A stretch of 64,000 bases of DNA. It comes from an uncultured Clostridia bacterium. GTDB lineage: Bacteria; Bacillota; Clostridia; TANB77; CAG-508. The stretch is from positions 4,280-68,279 of the forward strand of contig CANPZF010000006.1 in the NCBI GenBank assembly GCA_947589015.1, read 5' to 3'. Each line of letters opens with the position of its first letter. Position 1 is the stretch's first letter. Position numbers and translations under genes: made by a program. The notes under the pieces were generated by a model, which did not search any database, had not been told where the DNA came from, and saw nothing but the letters and a program-made list of their open reading frames with translations. Below are positions 9,710 through 22,713 of this stretch, piece after piece.

Positions 9710-11722
9710 TCATCTGCCTCCCATTCCGGCCACCGGCCTCCTCCGGCCTCCACCACCTCCTGAGAAGCCTCCACCTCCTCCAGATCCGCCTGAACTAGAG
9801 TGTGCTATAATTTGTGCTCTTGAAGTGTTATATGCTCTAGATACTCCATGTCCTAAGTCTGAAATAGAACAATGATATGAAATCCTTGAATTATGTGTAG
9901 GGTTTACAGCAAAATATATTACTGGATAATTTTCTCTCATATTATTATCATCCCACTTTTCTGTTACAAATACTTCTGGATATTTTGCTTTCATTTGCTC
10001 GATAGCCTTATCTGCTATGCCAAATGCTGTTGCATAAATTAAATATTTTTCCCAAACAGCTAAACTTAAAACATCTTTTTCATCTAGCAATGAATACTCT
10101 TTCATATAATTTGATAAACCTACCCATTTTGCTTTTTCTTCTTTTCCTTCTTTGGTTAATACAGCAATATTACTTGCTAATTTTTCTTGTAATTTCCAAT
10201 AGCACATACTAGCAATTAAAATAGGTGCTACTATTATTATTAATTCTACTCCTGCATTTAATAAAATTGTTCCTCCACTGCATATTAATCTATTAGCTAT
10301 TATTGGTATATGTTCAACCAAAAATAATATAATCAAAAATAGTGATATATATCCAAACCAAAATATTTTTGTTTTTGCATTTAAACAACTTGCATATAAC
10401 TTTTCTTCTGATTTATTTATTAAATTCAAATTGTATAAACTATTTCTTGCAGCATTTACAAAATTATTAATTATATTACTATATTTTTGATACTTTTTAT
10501 TTGCATAATCATTTAATTTAGTTATTTCAAATTCTTCCTGATTTGTTGATAATTCTTTTAACATTTTATAAATTTCTGCTTCATCTTTGCTTAAGTCATT
10601 TCCTTCTGAATTTATTTTTATATATACTTTTTCGTTATCATCAACTCTTAATGTTATTTTTCTTTTATAACATAAGTCTAATATTGTCGCAGAAACTGCA
10701 TCAGATTGTACTTTTCCAGTATCCAATTTTTTCTTATCAAATTTATATAAATACGTAGCTTCTGCTGGTGTTGCAGTATTTTCTCTAGGAATATCTCTAA
10801 AATATTTTATTTGTACTTCATTATTCCCTTGTTTATTTATTTTTAATAGTTTTACAATTTTTACTATTATTCTAATAATAAATGCTACATATATTATTAT
10901 TAAAAATACCAAGAAATATCGTGCATCTTGTGCATTCCTATTGGCTATATCTGACCATACACCTTCTTCTAGTAAGATACTTTCTAAATATTTATATTGT
11001 CTAATTTTGTTATAAGCTACTTCAAACATCTTATCTTTTGTAACTACTCTTATTTCAAACATTGCTCCTGCACTTAAATTGTCCATTTCAAAAGCTACTT
11101 GTGAATTGTTTATTTTTTCTATTTTTCCATTTAATTGTCCATGTCCCCATATCAATAAATTGTCCAAATTAGATACTGATTCAGGTAATGTCAACTTTCC
11201 TGTGACTTTTTTTGCTGATATGCTATTTTGTCCTTGGGCTAAAAATTGCCAATATATTTCTTGACAATCTTTATAGTCTGCTACCACATCTTCTACAACA
11301 TATGATATTTGAAATTTTCTATTTCCAAATGAACTATCCATTCCTACTCCAAAAGCAATTTCAAATGTTTTGGAATCTATTTGTAATGCATAATACTGTC
11401 CTACCGGTAAATGATACATTTCTTCATATATATTTTCTAATTTTTTTCCAGTTTGCAAATCTACAATTTCTACATTAGTTATATTGCCAAATTTATTTGA
11501 ATCTAAATTAAAATTTCTTACTAGTGTATTAGTATTTAAAACATTTATATCCCATGTTTCTACCACTTTCATATTTCCATAGCTGTCCACATTAACTTGA
11601 TAATCTATATGTTCTAAATATTGTCCTTTCATATCACTATCAAAAGCCATTCCCAACATAAATAATACTGATATTAATGCCATTATTAGAATAACTATTA
11701 TTTTATTTCTTATTTTTTTCAC
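9710..11722 (-). CDS. DUF2207 family membrane protein with a Gly-rich tail (tail contains three CGGN sites)
   Basis: WGHG motif, WEKYLIYATAFG, TM segments and the SSSGGSGGGGGFSGGGGG terminus. Confidence 0.88.
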   Translation of the reverse strand: MKKIRNKIIVILIMALISVLFMLGMAFDSDMKGQYLEHIDYQVNVDSYGNMKVVETWDINVLNTNTLVRNFNLDSNKFGNITNVEIVDLQTGKKLENIYEEMYHLPVGQYYALQIDSKTFEIAFGVGMDSSFGNRKFQISYVVEDVVADYKDCQEIYWQFLAQGQNSISAKKVTGKLTLPESVSNLDNLLIWGHGQLNGKIEKINNSQVAFEMDNLSAGAMFEIRVVTKDKMFEVAYNKIRQYKYLESILLEEGVWSDIANRNAQDARYFLVFLIIIYVAFIIRIIVKIVKLLKINKQGNNEVQIKYFRDIPRENTATPAEATYLYKFDKKKLDTGKVQSDAVSATILDLCYKRKITLRVDDNEKVYIKINSEGNDLSKDEAEIYKMLKELSTNQEEFEITKLNDYANKKYQKYSNIINNFVNAARNSLYNLNLINKSEEKLYASCLNAKTKIFWFGYISLFLIILFLVEHIPIIANRLICSGGTILLNAGVELIIIVAPILIASMCYWKLQEKLASNIAVLTKEGKEEKAKWVGLSNYMKEYSLLDEKDVLSLAVWEKYLIYATAFGIADKAIEQMKAKYPEVFVTEKWDDNNMRENYPVIYFAVNPTHNSRISYHCSISDLGHGVSRAYNTSRAQIIAHSSSGGSGGGGGFSGGGGGRRRPVAGMGGR

Positions 11723-11816
11723 TTTTAATTTTATTCCTTTCTAAGGCACAAATCTGGTTGGAATTGTAATTATTTTTCAACCTTTTCCTTTTTATTTTCA
11801 CTCTAAAAACTTTTAA

Positions 11817-13001
11817 TTATTTATCTAACAAACATTCTATTCCTGGTAATTTTTTTCCTTCTAAAAATTCTAAAGATGCTCCTCCTCCTGTAGATATATG
11901 AGTCATTTTATCTTCTAATCCTGCTTTTTTTATTGCTGCTGCTGAATCTCCTCCTCCAATAATTGTTATTGCATCCATTTCAGATAATACTTTTGCTATT
12001 GAATTTGTTCCATTAGCAAATTGTGCAAATTCAGATAAACCAACAGGTCCATTCCATACTATTGTTTTTGCTTTTCTTATTTCTTCTGAGAACATTTTTA
12101 TTGTCTCTTCTCCAATGTCAAATCCTTCCCAATCTTTTGGAATTTCTGTACATTTTACAGTTTTACTTTCAGTATCTTCTTTAAATTCTTTTCCAATTTT
12201 AGTATCTACTGGAAGCATTAATTTTACATTTTTCTCTTCTGCTTTTTTCATTAAATCTCTTGCTAAATCTAATTTATCCAATTCACAAATTGAATTTCCT
12301 ACTTCATATCCTTGTGACTTAAAGAAAGTATATGCCATACCTCCTCCAATTATTAAAGTATCTACTTTTTCTAATAGACTATCTATAACTCCTATTTTAT
12401 CAGATACTTTTGCTCCTCCTAAAATTGCTACGAATGGTCTTTCTGGATTTTCTAGAGCTCCACCTAAAAATTTTAATTCTTTTTCAATTAAAAATCCTGA
12501 TACTGCTGGTAAATATGCTGCTATACCAGTAGTTGAAGCATGTGCTCTATGTGCTGATCCAAATGCATCATTTACATATATTTCTGCCATTGATGCCAAT
12601 TTTTTTGAGAATTCTGGGTCATTATCAGTTTCTTCTTTATGAAATCTTACATTTTCTAGTAATAATATTTCCCCTTCTTTTAAATTCTTCGCTTTTTCCA
12701 TTGCATCTTCGCCTATAACATCTTTTGCCATTATTACTTCTTTTCCTAATAATTTTGATAGTTCTTTTGCTACTGGTTGCAATGAATATTCTTGTTTAAA
12801 TTCTCCTTTTGGTCTTCCTAAATGTGATGCTAAAATTATTTTGCAGTTTTGCTCTAATAGATATTTTATTGTAGGAATAGCTGCTACAATTCTAGTATTA
12901 TCTGTAATATTTCTGTTTTCATCCATTGGCACATTAAAATCACACCTAACAAATACTCTCTTTCCTTTTAATTCAATATCTTTTACTGTTTTCTTACTCA
13001 T
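11817..13001 (-). CDS. pgk: Phosphoglycerate kinase
   Basis: [28 protein letters not shown] and [15 protein letters not shown] motifs. Confidence 0.98.
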   Translation of the reverse strand: MSKKTVKDIELKGKRVFVRCDFNVPMDENRNITDNTRIVAAIPTIKYLLEQNCKIILASHLGRPKGEFKQEYSLQPVAKELSKLLGKEVIMAKDVIGEDAMEKAKNLKEGEILLLENVRFHKEETDNDPEFSKKLASMAEIYVNDAFGSAHRAHASTTGIAAYLPAVSGFLIEKELKFLGGALENPERPFVAILGGAKVSDKIGVIDSLLEKVDTLIIGGGMAYTFFKSQGYEVGNSICELDKLDLARDLMKKAEEKNVKLMLPVDTKIGKEFKEDTESKTVKCTEIPKDWEGFDIGEETIKMFSEEIRKAKTIVWNGPVGLSEFAQFANGTNSIAKVLSEMDAITIIGGGDSAAAIKKAGLEDKMTHISTGGGASLEFLEGKKLPGIECLLDK

Positions 13002-13074
13002 TTTTATTCCTCCTCTTTATTTTTATTATTAATATTATTTACTTTTTTTCATTTTGTAATACAATTCTATATCA

Positions 13075-13102
13075 AAAGAGAATACTTTTCAAGTATTCTC
13101 TT
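13075..13102 (-). terminator. Terminator after gap
   Basis: AAGAGAATACTT-loop-AAGTATTCTCTT inverted repeat. Confidence 0.7.
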
Positions 13103-13134
13103 AATTATTTACATTTAATTTTAAATATTTAATT

Positions 13135-14163
<1,029 letters not shown>

Positions 14164-14248
14164 CTATGTATTTTATTTTACCCATGTTCTCTAGGCAATA
14201 TTATTCTATATCAAAAAACTTTACTTTGCAATATAATTGTTTTAAAAA

Positions 14249-16207
14249 TTATAAAATTTTCTCTAATGCAATTATAAACATTGCATGTGACCATCCCAAT
14301 CCTATTGCCCAATTTGGTTTTAGCATTTCATTATCTACTTGCTCTCCTAAAAATCCATGTTTTCCAGCAGTTCTAACAACAAAATCAAAGCACTCTTTTG
14401 CCTTTTTCTTTTCTCCTGACTCTAAATAATATAAAGTCATCCATAAATTTGCTATTGGCCAAGGATTTGCATTTCTATAGTTATCTTGCTCAAATCTTTG
14501 ATATCCACCTGTATATGTTCTTAAATTTAAGTTAATCATCTCAACTGTATTTTGCATTTTCTTTTCCTTTGGCTTAAATAAATTAAACGGTGTAACTGCA
14601 CCTAAAATACTAATATCCATTTTTTTGTCTTGTGAATTTCTTACATATGATTTTCTTTGTTCATCATACATATTTTCTTCTATATATTTTTTTATTCCTA
14701 ATTGTATAGCCTTTATTTCCCTTTCATTTTTCTGTATTTTTTCTTCCTTAAGTCTGTTGTTTTCAAAATCTGAAACATTTTTTCCTAATACTTTATATAT
14801 ATTTATTATACATTCAAAAGCTGCATATATACTTGCTAATGAATATAAGTGTATTCCTTCACACATTTCCCATAAATCATAGCTAATATGATATCTATGA
14901 CCTTCTTTCTTATATTTATTTTCTATTTCTTCTTGTACTATATCTCTTTTGTTTTCATCTTTTCCATTAATATTCAACCAGTCTTGAATATATTTCTTTA
15001 AAAAGTCTATTGCTTTTTCACACATATGTAAATTATCTTTTAAAAATTTTTCTGATTTTATTTTTTTATAATGTTCATAAATTCCATATACTACACTTGC
15101 AGTTTCATCTACTTGATATCCCCAACATGGAGCTAAATTTCCATCTGTAAAAAATCTTTGTTCCCACATTCCGTTTTTACTTTGAGTTTTTTTACAGAAT
15201 ATCTTATAAAATTTTTCTGTCTCCTTATCCATTTTCAAAATATCTAAAGCTTTTGTAATAAAAACTGCATCTCTAGGCCAACAATATGCATATCTTCCAC
15301 ACTGAGTAAAATTCTCATCTATTTCTGGTGCAGCTATTATCCCTCCTGTTTCACTGTTTGTTAAAAGTGGAAATAATAAAATACTTCTTTTATAAATATC
15401 ATAAATTTTTTCTTCATAAGCATTTTTTGGTTCTTTATAATTTAACCCATTATGATCTTTTACATATTTTCTCCAATAAGATTTTGTTTTTACATATTCT
15501 TTATTTAAATCTATTTTCGTAATTCTTTCTATTTCATCTTCTATTTCAGATATATTTTGATTTTCGCCAATTACTATGCACATATCCAAAACTTTTTTCT
15601 CTAATGGTTTTATCGTGCCTAAACTATAGCAAATACTAGAATCATTTGACATTCCTATATAATCTTTATCGTAAATTTCACCTCGTTTAATTGTTTCTTT
15701 ACTTCCATTAATTTGATGTCTAGATATTTTTTGTCCTTTAGCAAATGTTGAAAATGTAAAATCATGTGCATATTGTATCATACCAGAATCAATCACTTTG
15801 CATCCAACATAATTATTTAAATCTGATAGCAATTCAGAATGTATATAAAAGTCTACATCTAAATCTATTTTCGCATCATTCATAAATATATATCTTTTTA
15901 CCAAAACATTTTCTTTGATTAAAACAAAGTCTATTTGTACAACTTTTAAGTTAAAATAGGTATTAGTTATTTCTGTATTTAACACATTTGTGTCTGTATC
16001 ATAATATTGTCTATACACATTATTAATGTCATCATGTAAATAAATTAAATCTGAATTATTTATTTTTACACCTGTGTGAAAGTAATTAATATACTGTCTA
16101 TTATCCTTACTAGGAAAATAGGCTCTTAATAATTCTCCTTTTGATGTGTACGTTACTAACATTTGTTTATTTCCAATAATTGCTTCATTTAAATATTTAT
16201 TTTCCAT
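14249..16207 (-). CDS. Glycoside hydrolase family 15 (glucoamylase-like)
   Basis: YAYCWPRDA, QVDETAS, YDLWE and EQV..LGWSHAM motifs. Confidence 0.85.
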   Translation of the reverse strand: MENKYLNEAIIGNKQMLVTYTSKGELLRAYFPSKDNRQYINYFHTGVKINNSDLIYLHDDINNVYRQYYDTDTNVLNTEITNTYFNLKVVQIDFVLIKENVLVKRYIFMNDAKIDLDVDFYIHSELLSDLNNYVGCKVIDSGMIQYAHDFTFSTFAKGQKISRHQINGSKETIKRGEIYDKDYIGMSNDSSICYSLGTIKPLEKKVLDMCIVIGENQNISEIEDEIERITKIDLNKEYVKTKSYWRKYVKDHNGLNYKEPKNAYEEKIYDIYKRSILLFPLLTNSETGGIIAAPEIDENFTQCGRYAYCWPRDAVFITKALDILKMDKETEKFYKIFCKKTQSKNGMWEQRFFTDGNLAPCWGYQVDETASVVYGIYEHYKKIKSEKFLKDNLHMCEKAIDFLKKYIQDWLNINGKDENKRDIVQEEIENKYKKEGHRYHISYDLWEMCEGIHLYSLASIYAAFECIINIYKVLGKNVSDFENNRLKEEKIQKNEREIKAIQLGIKKYIEENMYDEQRKSYVRNSQDKKMDISILGAVTPFNLFKPKEKKMQNTVEMINLNLRTYTGGYQRFEQDNYRNANPWPIANLWMTLYYLESGEKKKAKECFDFVVRTAGKHGFLGEQVDNEMLKPNWAIGLGWSHAMFIIALEKIL

Positions 16208-16240
16208 TTTCTTTCTCCTTAATTTAATAAAATTGCTAAA

Positions 16241-16360
16241 AGGACGCTCTTGTCAAATGGGCGCTCTTGCTTGCCAAAAGGGACGTTCTTAAATGGCAAC
16301 TGGATAGTTGCCATTTAAGAACGTCCCTTTTGGCAAGCAAGAGCGTCCCTTCTGGCAAGC
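16241..16360. repeat. Perfect 40-bp-arm palindrome with extra partial REP-like units
   Basis: 16262-16301 is the exact reverse complement of 16306-16345 (loop GGAT). Flanking partial copies GGACGCTCTTG and AGAGCGTCCC. Confidence 0.85.
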
Positions 16361-16362
16361 AT

Positions 16363-18006
16363 TTATCCTTCAATCACATTTAATATTTGTTTTTCCAAAT
16401 CTTTTATTTTTTCATTAATTCTAAATATATCTTCATCTTTTAATTCATCATCATTAACATCCTGTCTAACATACATATCCATATCATTAATTTCTGATTT
16501 TAATCTATCTAGTCTTTGTATTATCTCTGTTCTTAATGGCTTGTCAACTTTTCTTTCTATTTTTCCTACCACTGATATTTGTTCACTTAAATCATATGTC
16601 TCACCAAATTCAGGGATAGTAACTTGCAAGTTTGTGTCTGTTTCTATTTTTTCTTTCAGAACTCTTTGTGATTCTTCTTCACCATGTACAAGAAAAATAT
16701 GCTTTGGTTTTGTTATAAAAGAATATATAAAATTCATTAACCATTCTTGATCTGCATGTCCTGAATATCCCTCTATATATTCAATTCGTGCATTTACTGC
16801 TATTTCTTCTCCAAAAATTTTTACCTTCTTAGCTCCATTTACAATTTCATATCCTAATGTTCCTGGTGCTTGATATCCTACAAATAGTATTGTTGAATTA
16901 GGATTCCACAAATTATGCTTTAGATGATGTTTTATTCTTCCTACTTCACACATTCCACTAGCTGATATTATAATACTTGGCGTTTGGTCTTCATTTAAAG
17001 CTTTTGATTCATCTGCAGTTTTGGTAAATTTTAGTCCTGGAAATTCTAACGGATTATCTCCTCTTAAAATTTCTTCCTTTATGTTTTCTTCAAATAATTC
17101 TGTATTATCTTTAAATACTTCTGTTGCAGATATTGCTAAAGGACTATCTACATATACTGGTGATTTCATTAATGTTTTATATTTTCTTCTAAATTCTTGG
17201 TCATCTTTATTTTCTTTTAATTTATTGATTTCATATAATATTTCTTGTGTTCTTCCTACTGCAAAAGATGGAATTACTACTGTTCCTTCATTGTCTAATG
17301 TTTCTGAAACAATATCTAAAAATAGTTGTGCTTTTTCGTCATTTCTAACATGCAATCTACTTCCATATGTAGATTCCATTACTAAATAATCTGTACTATC
17401 TATCATTGTTGGCGAATCCAAAAGTGGTATATCATTATTTCCTAAATCCCCTGTAAATACAGTTTTGGTTTCTTTTCCGTCTTCTTTTACCCAGATTTCT
17501 ATTATACTAGACCCCAACATATGTCCTGCATCATTAAATCTTACATGAATTTCTGGAGTTATTTCTATAATTTCATCATATTTTACAGCTTCAAAAATCT
17601 CCAAACATCTTGCAGCTTCTTCTGCTGTATATAATGGTGCTATTGGTTGTTCACCTTTTCTTTTTCTTTTTTTATTCTTCCATTCTATTTCCATTTCCTG
17701 AATATGACCACTGTCTGGTAACATCAATGCACATAAATCACATGTTGCTTTATGTGCATATATTTTATTTTTAAATCCTTCATTGTATAACTTAGGAATT
17801 CTGCCTGAATGGTCTATGTGTGCATGTGTTAATAACATAAAATCTATTTCAGCTGGATTAAATTCAAATTCCTGGCTATTTTCCATTTCTTGTTCTGCTT
17901 TTCCTTGCCACATCCCACAATCTACTAAAAATTTTTTTCCTGCTGCTTCTACCAAAAAGTTTGAACCTGTAACTGTTTTTGTTGCTCCTAAAAATGTAAT
18001 CTTCAT
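16363..18006 (-). CDS. MBL-fold beta-CASP ribonuclease (YSH1/CPSF-like)
   Basis: LTHAHIDHSG, AGHMLGS, MESTYG, FAVGRTQE and SGHAD motifs. Confidence 0.92.
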   Translation of the reverse strand: MKITFLGATKTVTGSNFLVEAAGKKFLVDCGMWQGKAEQEMENSQEFEFNPAEIDFMLLTHAHIDHSGRIPKLYNEGFKNKIYAHKATCDLCALMLPDSGHIQEMEIEWKNKKRKRKGEQPIAPLYTAEEAARCLEIFEAVKYDEIIEITPEIHVRFNDAGHMLGSSIIEIWVKEDGKETKTVFTGDLGNNDIPLLDSPTMIDSTDYLVMESTYGSRLHVRNDEKAQLFLDIVSETLDNEGTVVIPSFAVGRTQEILYEINKLKENKDDQEFRRKYKTLMKSPVYVDSPLAISATEVFKDNTELFEENIKEEILRGDNPLEFPGLKFTKTADESKALNEDQTPSIIISASGMCEVGRIKHHLKHNLWNPNSTILFVGYQAPGTLGYEIVNGAKKVKIFGEEIAVNARIEYIEGYSGHADQEWLMNFIYSFITKPKHIFLVHGEEESQRVLKEKIETDTNLQVTIPEFGETYDLSEQISVVGKIERKVDKPLRTEIIQRLDRLKSEINDMDMYVRQDVNDDELKDEDIFRINEKIKDLEKQILNVIEG

Positions 18007-18034
18007 AAAATTTTCCTCTCTTTATTATATTTTT

Positions 18035-19618
18035 CTATAAAAATACTCTTGATTTTTTATTTATTCTAACTTTAAAGTCCTTTTTTGTTAGTTCTTGTTC
18101 TTCATTGATTTTAATCTTTTCCTCTATTATATTTTCATCAAATAATTGTATATAATACTGATTCTTCTCTTTTGTTATTTTTATATATAATTCTTCCAAA
18201 TTAATAATTCTAGTAAAAAAGATATTTTTCAATATCATATAATTTATATTTTCATTTTTACTAAAGATATTTATAACTTTTAACTCATTTGCTTTATTTA
18301 TAAGCATTATTCCAACTCTTTGTATATCTTTTTGTATATCTTTTACTTCATATATATATTCATTTAATTCATATGGAAGCATACAATAATATCTAAATTG
18401 GTAAATCAAGTTTATCATTTCTGGTTTATTTTTTACTTTTTCTATCTTTTCACAATAGCAAGATAGAAAAGTTTTTTGTAACTTTAACATTAATTTTTTA
18501 ATTGTTTTATCGATGTCTTCTGTTTCTACTAATTCAACATATTTTTTCTTTTCCTCTAATTCTTTTTTATATTTTACAAATTTTTTAGGATTTAATAGTT
18601 GATTTAATTTATCTATTCTTTTTATTTTTTCATCTCTATCTTGTTCCATCATATTGGACAATATTCTTACACTAAATATTTTTTTATCCATTGGAAGTGT
18701 TTGATTTCTTGTTTCATACTCTTCCTGCAATCTATTCCTATCATTAATTGTTTCATCTATGTTTTTAATTTGCTCTGTTAATTTTCTTTTCTCTTCTGTA
18801 ATATTTTCTATAAATGTTTTATTATCTTGCATATCTTGTAATCTTTTTTCTATTTGTTCTTTTAACCTTTTTAATTCTTTTTCTGATTTTTTATTAAGTT
18901 TAATTTCTAATAATATTGATAATCTACTAATTGTATCTACTATAGCCCTTTGATTTTTTCTTCCATATTTTTTTTCGATAGTATTTTTGAAAAATTCAAA
19001 ATAGTCCATTATAAACTCTTTATTATTTATCCACTCTATCAAAAAGTTATGTCCTAACAGTATTCTTAAAATTTGATAAACAACATTATAATGCAAACTC
19101 TCAATTTCTCTCGAAGTAGTAGTCCATGAATATCCATTAAAATCTCTTAACACTTCAACAGTATTTATATTGTTTCCTACATTTATTAGATTTGACAATG
19201 TTTTATCTATTATAAAATATTGATTTTTTATAATAGTATCTTTTTTACTTATTTTTGCTATTGCATATAGTAATTTTCTTTCTATTGGATAACATATAAT
19301 TCTTTTGGCCTTTTTCTCCACTAAAAAAGTTCTATTTCCTATAATCGTACTCTCTTCCGAATAAGGTTTTACTAATTTTATGTCTGTACAATTATTTTCT
19401 ATTGTATTTATAATATTTTGTATAAATTCTTCTTTAGTTTCTACATCTCTTTTTACCAATTCATAATCCTTATATGCTGCTTCTATTTTATATAAAATGC
19501 TAAGAAGAAGACTTTTTGCATTTTCTTCAAAATATTTTTTTTCTAAAACTTTTTCCAGTTGATTTTTATAATCTTTTCTTACAATTTTATCTAAAAATTT
19601 ATCATTTTTCTTTTGCAA
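18035..19618 (-). CDS. Hypothetical coiled-coil protein
   Basis: 527-aa ORF in the operon, K/E-rich helical centre, no recognised motif. Confidence 0.75.
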   Translation of the reverse strand: MQKKNDKFLDKIVRKDYKNQLEKVLEKKYFEENAKSLLLSILYKIEAAYKDYELVKRDVETKEEFIQNIINTIENNCTDIKLVKPYSEESTIIGNRTFLVEKKAKRIICYPIERKLLYAIAKISKKDTIIKNQYFIIDKTLSNLINVGNNINTVEVLRDFNGYSWTTTSREIESLHYNVVYQILRILLGHNFLIEWINNKEFIMDYFEFFKNTIEKKYGRKNQRAIVDTISRLSILLEIKLNKKSEKELKRLKEQIEKRLQDMQDNKTFIENITEEKRKLTEQIKNIDETINDRNRLQEEYETRNQTLPMDKKIFSVRILSNMMEQDRDEKIKRIDKLNQLLNPKKFVKYKKELEEKKKYVELVETEDIDKTIKKLMLKLQKTFLSCYCEKIEKVKNKPEMINLIYQFRYYCMLPYELNEYIYEVKDIQKDIQRVGIMLINKANELKVINIFSKNENINYMILKNIFFTRIINLEELYIKITKEKNQYYIQLFDENIIEEKIKINEEQELTKKDFKVRINKKSRVFL

Positions 19619-19651
19619 AGTTCTTCTCCTTTCTATTATTTATACATAATT

Positions 19652-22096
19652 CTACTGTTGCACGGTTTCACTGCTTCCCATTTGTAGTTCATGCAATTTT
19701 TCTAATGTCATTAAAACTTCTCTAGGTTTACTTCCCTGATATCCAGAAATAACTCCTCTTTCCTCCATTTGATCTATAATTCTACCAGCTCTTGCATATC
19801 CTACCTTGAATCTTCTTTGAATAAATGATGTCGAAGCTTGTCCTGTTTCTACAACTGTTTGAATTGCATCCATTAAAAATGGATCAGTTTCATCATCTTC
19901 CGCTTGTTCTTGTGATAATTCCTTTTCTGTCTTGTTGCTATTCTCTATACTTTCTAGAATATCTTCACTATATGTTGCTGTTCCATTAGATTTTATAAAG
20001 TCTACTATTTTCTCAACTTCATCGTCTGAAACAAATGCCCCTTGAACACGAATTGGTTTTGGTGCTCCTGTTGGGAAAAATAACATATCTCCTTTTCCCA
20101 ACAATTTTTCTGCTCCCACACTATCTAATATAGTTCTAGAATCTACTTGCGAAGAAACAGCAAATGCTATTCTTGAAGGTACATTGGCCTTAATTAATCC
20201 TGTAATAACATCAACTGATGGTCTTTGTGTTGCAATAACTAAATGCATTCCAGCAGCTCTCGCTTTTTGAGCTAAACGACAAATTGATTCTTCTACATCC
20301 TTTGCTGCAACCATCATTAAATCTGCAAGCTCATCTACTATTATTACAATTTGTGGTAATGTTCCTAATCCCCCTTCTTTTTCTATTGCACTATTATATC
20401 CTTTTAAGTCTCTTACACCTTTAGTTGCAAATTTATTATATCTATCATCCATTTCTTGTACTGCCCATGCTAATGCACCTGCTGCTTTTTTTGGATCTGT
20501 AACAACTGGTATTAATAAATGTGGTATTCCATTATATACTGAAAGTTCTACTACTTTTGGGTCTACCATTACTAATTTTACTTCACTTGGTTTGGCTTTA
20601 TAAACAATACTTGTAATAATTGTATTTATACATACACTCTTTCCTGATCCAGTAGAACCTGCAATTAATACATGGGGCATTTTTGCTATATCAGCTAATT
20701 GAATACTTCCAGCCACGTCCTTGCCTAATGCCACAGTAAGTTTTGATTTACTATCTTCAAATTCATCACTCTCTAAGACATCCCTTAAATGAACAGCTTC
20801 TTTTTCTTGATTTGGTACTTCTATACCAACAGCTTGTTTACCTGGAATTGGTGCTTCTATACGTATTGTTTCAGCAGCTAAGTTCAAAGCTATATCATCT
20901 GCCAAATTTGCTATTTTGTTGACTCTTACTCCTTCTGCTGGCTTCAATTCGTAACGAGTTATAGCTGGTCCTACTGAGACATTTTCAACTTTTGCAGATA
21001 CTCCAAAACTATATAAAGTTTTTTGTAATTTAGCTGCGGTATCTGTTAATGCTTTTGCTCCTCCTTTTATTCCCTTTTTAGTACCTTTACTTAATATTTC
21101 TATTGGCGGATATTCATAATGTTCATCTTCTACAACCATTGCATGTTCTAATTGTAATACTTCTTTCTTTTTATCTTCTTTTTGTTCTTCTTCTTGTCTA
21201 AATAAATTGCTCTCTATTACATCAGGTTGAATCTCTTGTTGAAACTCTTCTTGATTTCTTTCTTTTATAGCCTTTTTTGACTGTTTTGTTAAAGGTTCTA
21301 AATTATCTTCACTATGATCATATTTTTGAAGTTCCATATTAGGCTCTACACTATCCACAAATTGTCCACCAAAATTAATCTTTATTTGATCATTTGCCAA
21401 TTCTTTTTGCTTTTCTCTTTCTAATTGTTTTTGTATTATTCTTTCTTCTTTTTCTCTTTTTCGTCTTTGTGCAAGTGTTTCTACCATTTCAGTTTGCCTT
21501 TGTTCTCTTGATTGGTGCCTTAATTCCATTTGTTCATCATGCTTGTCTTTTAATTTTTGCATAATCATATTTATAATATCTGCCATACTAATTCCAAATG
21601 TGAATACTAATAATATTGTTGCTATACCAATGCATAAAACAACCGCTCCAAAATCTCCTAAAAGTTTTGCCAATGGTATCGCTGCTACAGCTCCAATTGC
21701 TCCACCGCCTTTACTTTGCATTCCTATAGAATATGCATCTCTCGCAACTTCTGATAATGGTTTTGAAGACTGTAATTCTCCACTAGAAATTTGAAATACA
21801 CTAAACATAATTGATAAGCTACACACAAATATTCCGTATTGTAGCATCTTTGCATTAAGACTTTCTCTTCCATTACTTGCAAGTTTTATAGCTAGTACAA
21901 ATGTTCCTATCGGAAGTATATATTGCATTATTCCAAACATTCCACCTAATATTTCATTTAGTTTTAAACCTATTATTCCTGATTTTGTGTAAATTAATAC
22001 AGCCAAAAGTACACTAAATACAATTAATCCTACTACTGCTAAATCTATTTTTGAAGCTGTTTTTTTACTTTTCTGATATTTTCTTTTTTTTGCCAT
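19652..22096 (-). CDS. ftsK: DNA translocase FtsK/SpoIIIE
   Basis: N-terminal TM region, GSTGSGKS Walker [19 protein letters not shown] and the gamma-domain [10 protein letters not shown]. Confidence 0.97.
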   Translation of the reverse strand: MAKKRKYQKSKKTASKIDLAVVGLIVFSVLLAVLIYTKSGIIGLKLNEILGGMFGIMQYILPIGTFVLAIKLASNGRESLNAKMLQYGIFVCSLSIMFSVFQISSGELQSSKPLSEVARDAYSIGMQSKGGGAIGAVAAIPLAKLLGDFGAVVLCIGIATILLVFTFGISMADIINMIMQKLKDKHDEQMELRHQSREQRQTEMVETLAQRRKREKEERIIQKQLEREKQKELANDQIKINFGGQFVDSVEPNMELQKYDHSEDNLEPLTKQSKKAIKERNQEEFQQEIQPDVIESNLFRQEEEQKEDKKKEVLQLEHAMVVEDEHYEYPPIEILSKGTKKGIKGGAKALTDTAAKLQKTLYSFGVSAKVENVSVGPAITRYELKPAEGVRVNKIANLADDIALNLAAETIRIEAPIPGKQAVGIEVPNQEKEAVHLRDVLESDEFEDSKSKLTVALGKDVAGSIQLADIAKMPHVLIAGSTGSGKSVCINTIITSIVYKAKPSEVKLVMVDPKVVELSVYNGIPHLLIPVVTDPKKAAGALAWAVQEMDDRYNKFATKGVRDLKGYNSAIEKEGGLGTLPQIVIIVDELADLMMVAAKDVEESICRLAQKARAAGMHLVIATQRPSVDVITGLIKANVPSRIAFAVSSQVDSRTILDSVGAEKLLGKGDMLFFPTGAPKPIRVQGAFVSDDEVEKIVDFIKSNGTATYSEDILESIENSNKTEKELSQEQAEDDETDPFLMDAIQTVVETGQASTSFIQRRFKVGYARAGRIIDQMEERGVISGYQGSKPREVLMTLEKLHELQMGSSETVQQ

Positions 22097-22186
22097 TTAT
22101 TTCTTTCATCCCTTTCGCAATCAAAAGCCAGAATTCAAAAGTCTCTTGTTTCTTTGACTTCTGACCTCTGACTTTCTCTTCTCACT

Positions 22187-22690
22187 CTATTTTAATTCTT
22201 TTCTACTATTTTGAATAGTTTTTAAAGTATCTTGTATAGATATTTCCATTATTTTTAATGCCTCACTTATATTAGTTTCTAGTTTTTGTAAAGTTTCATT
22301 CAATACACCTTCTGCACTTCCTAAAATAGTATCAGCATATTCTTTAGTTCCTTTTGATATCTCTCTAGACATCTCATTTGCAGTTTCAATAATTTCTGTT
22401 TTTTGATCATATGCTTTTCTAGTTATTTCATGTTCATCAATCATTGCTATTATTCTATTTTCAGCTTCTTTAACTATTCCATCAGCTTCTTTTTGAGCTT
22501 CTACTAAGATACGTTGTCTTTCTTCTTTTACCCACTTAGCTTGTTTTAGTTCATCTGGAAGTTTCAATCTTATTTCTTTTATTAAATCCAACATTTCATC
22601 TTTATCTACCACACTTTTAGCAGAAAATGGAAGATTTCTACTACCTTCTAATAAGTCCTCTAAAGTTTCTAATAATGTAAATATTTCCAT
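22187..22690 (-). CDS. Conserved coiled-coil protein (DivIVA/ATP-synthase-b-like) of the rsmD neighbourhood
   Basis: LPDELKQAKWVKEERQRIL pattern. Confidence 0.75.
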   Translation of the reverse strand: MEIFTLLETLEDLLEGSRNLPFSAKSVVDKDEMLDLIKEIRLKLPDELKQAKWVKEERQRILVEAQKEADGIVKEAENRIIAMIDEHEITRKAYDQKTEIIETANEMSREISKGTKEYADTILGSAEGVLNETLQKLETNISEALKIMEISIQDTLKTIQNSRKELK

Positions 22691-22713
22691 GGTTTTACCC
22701 CTTTCTATTTTTC

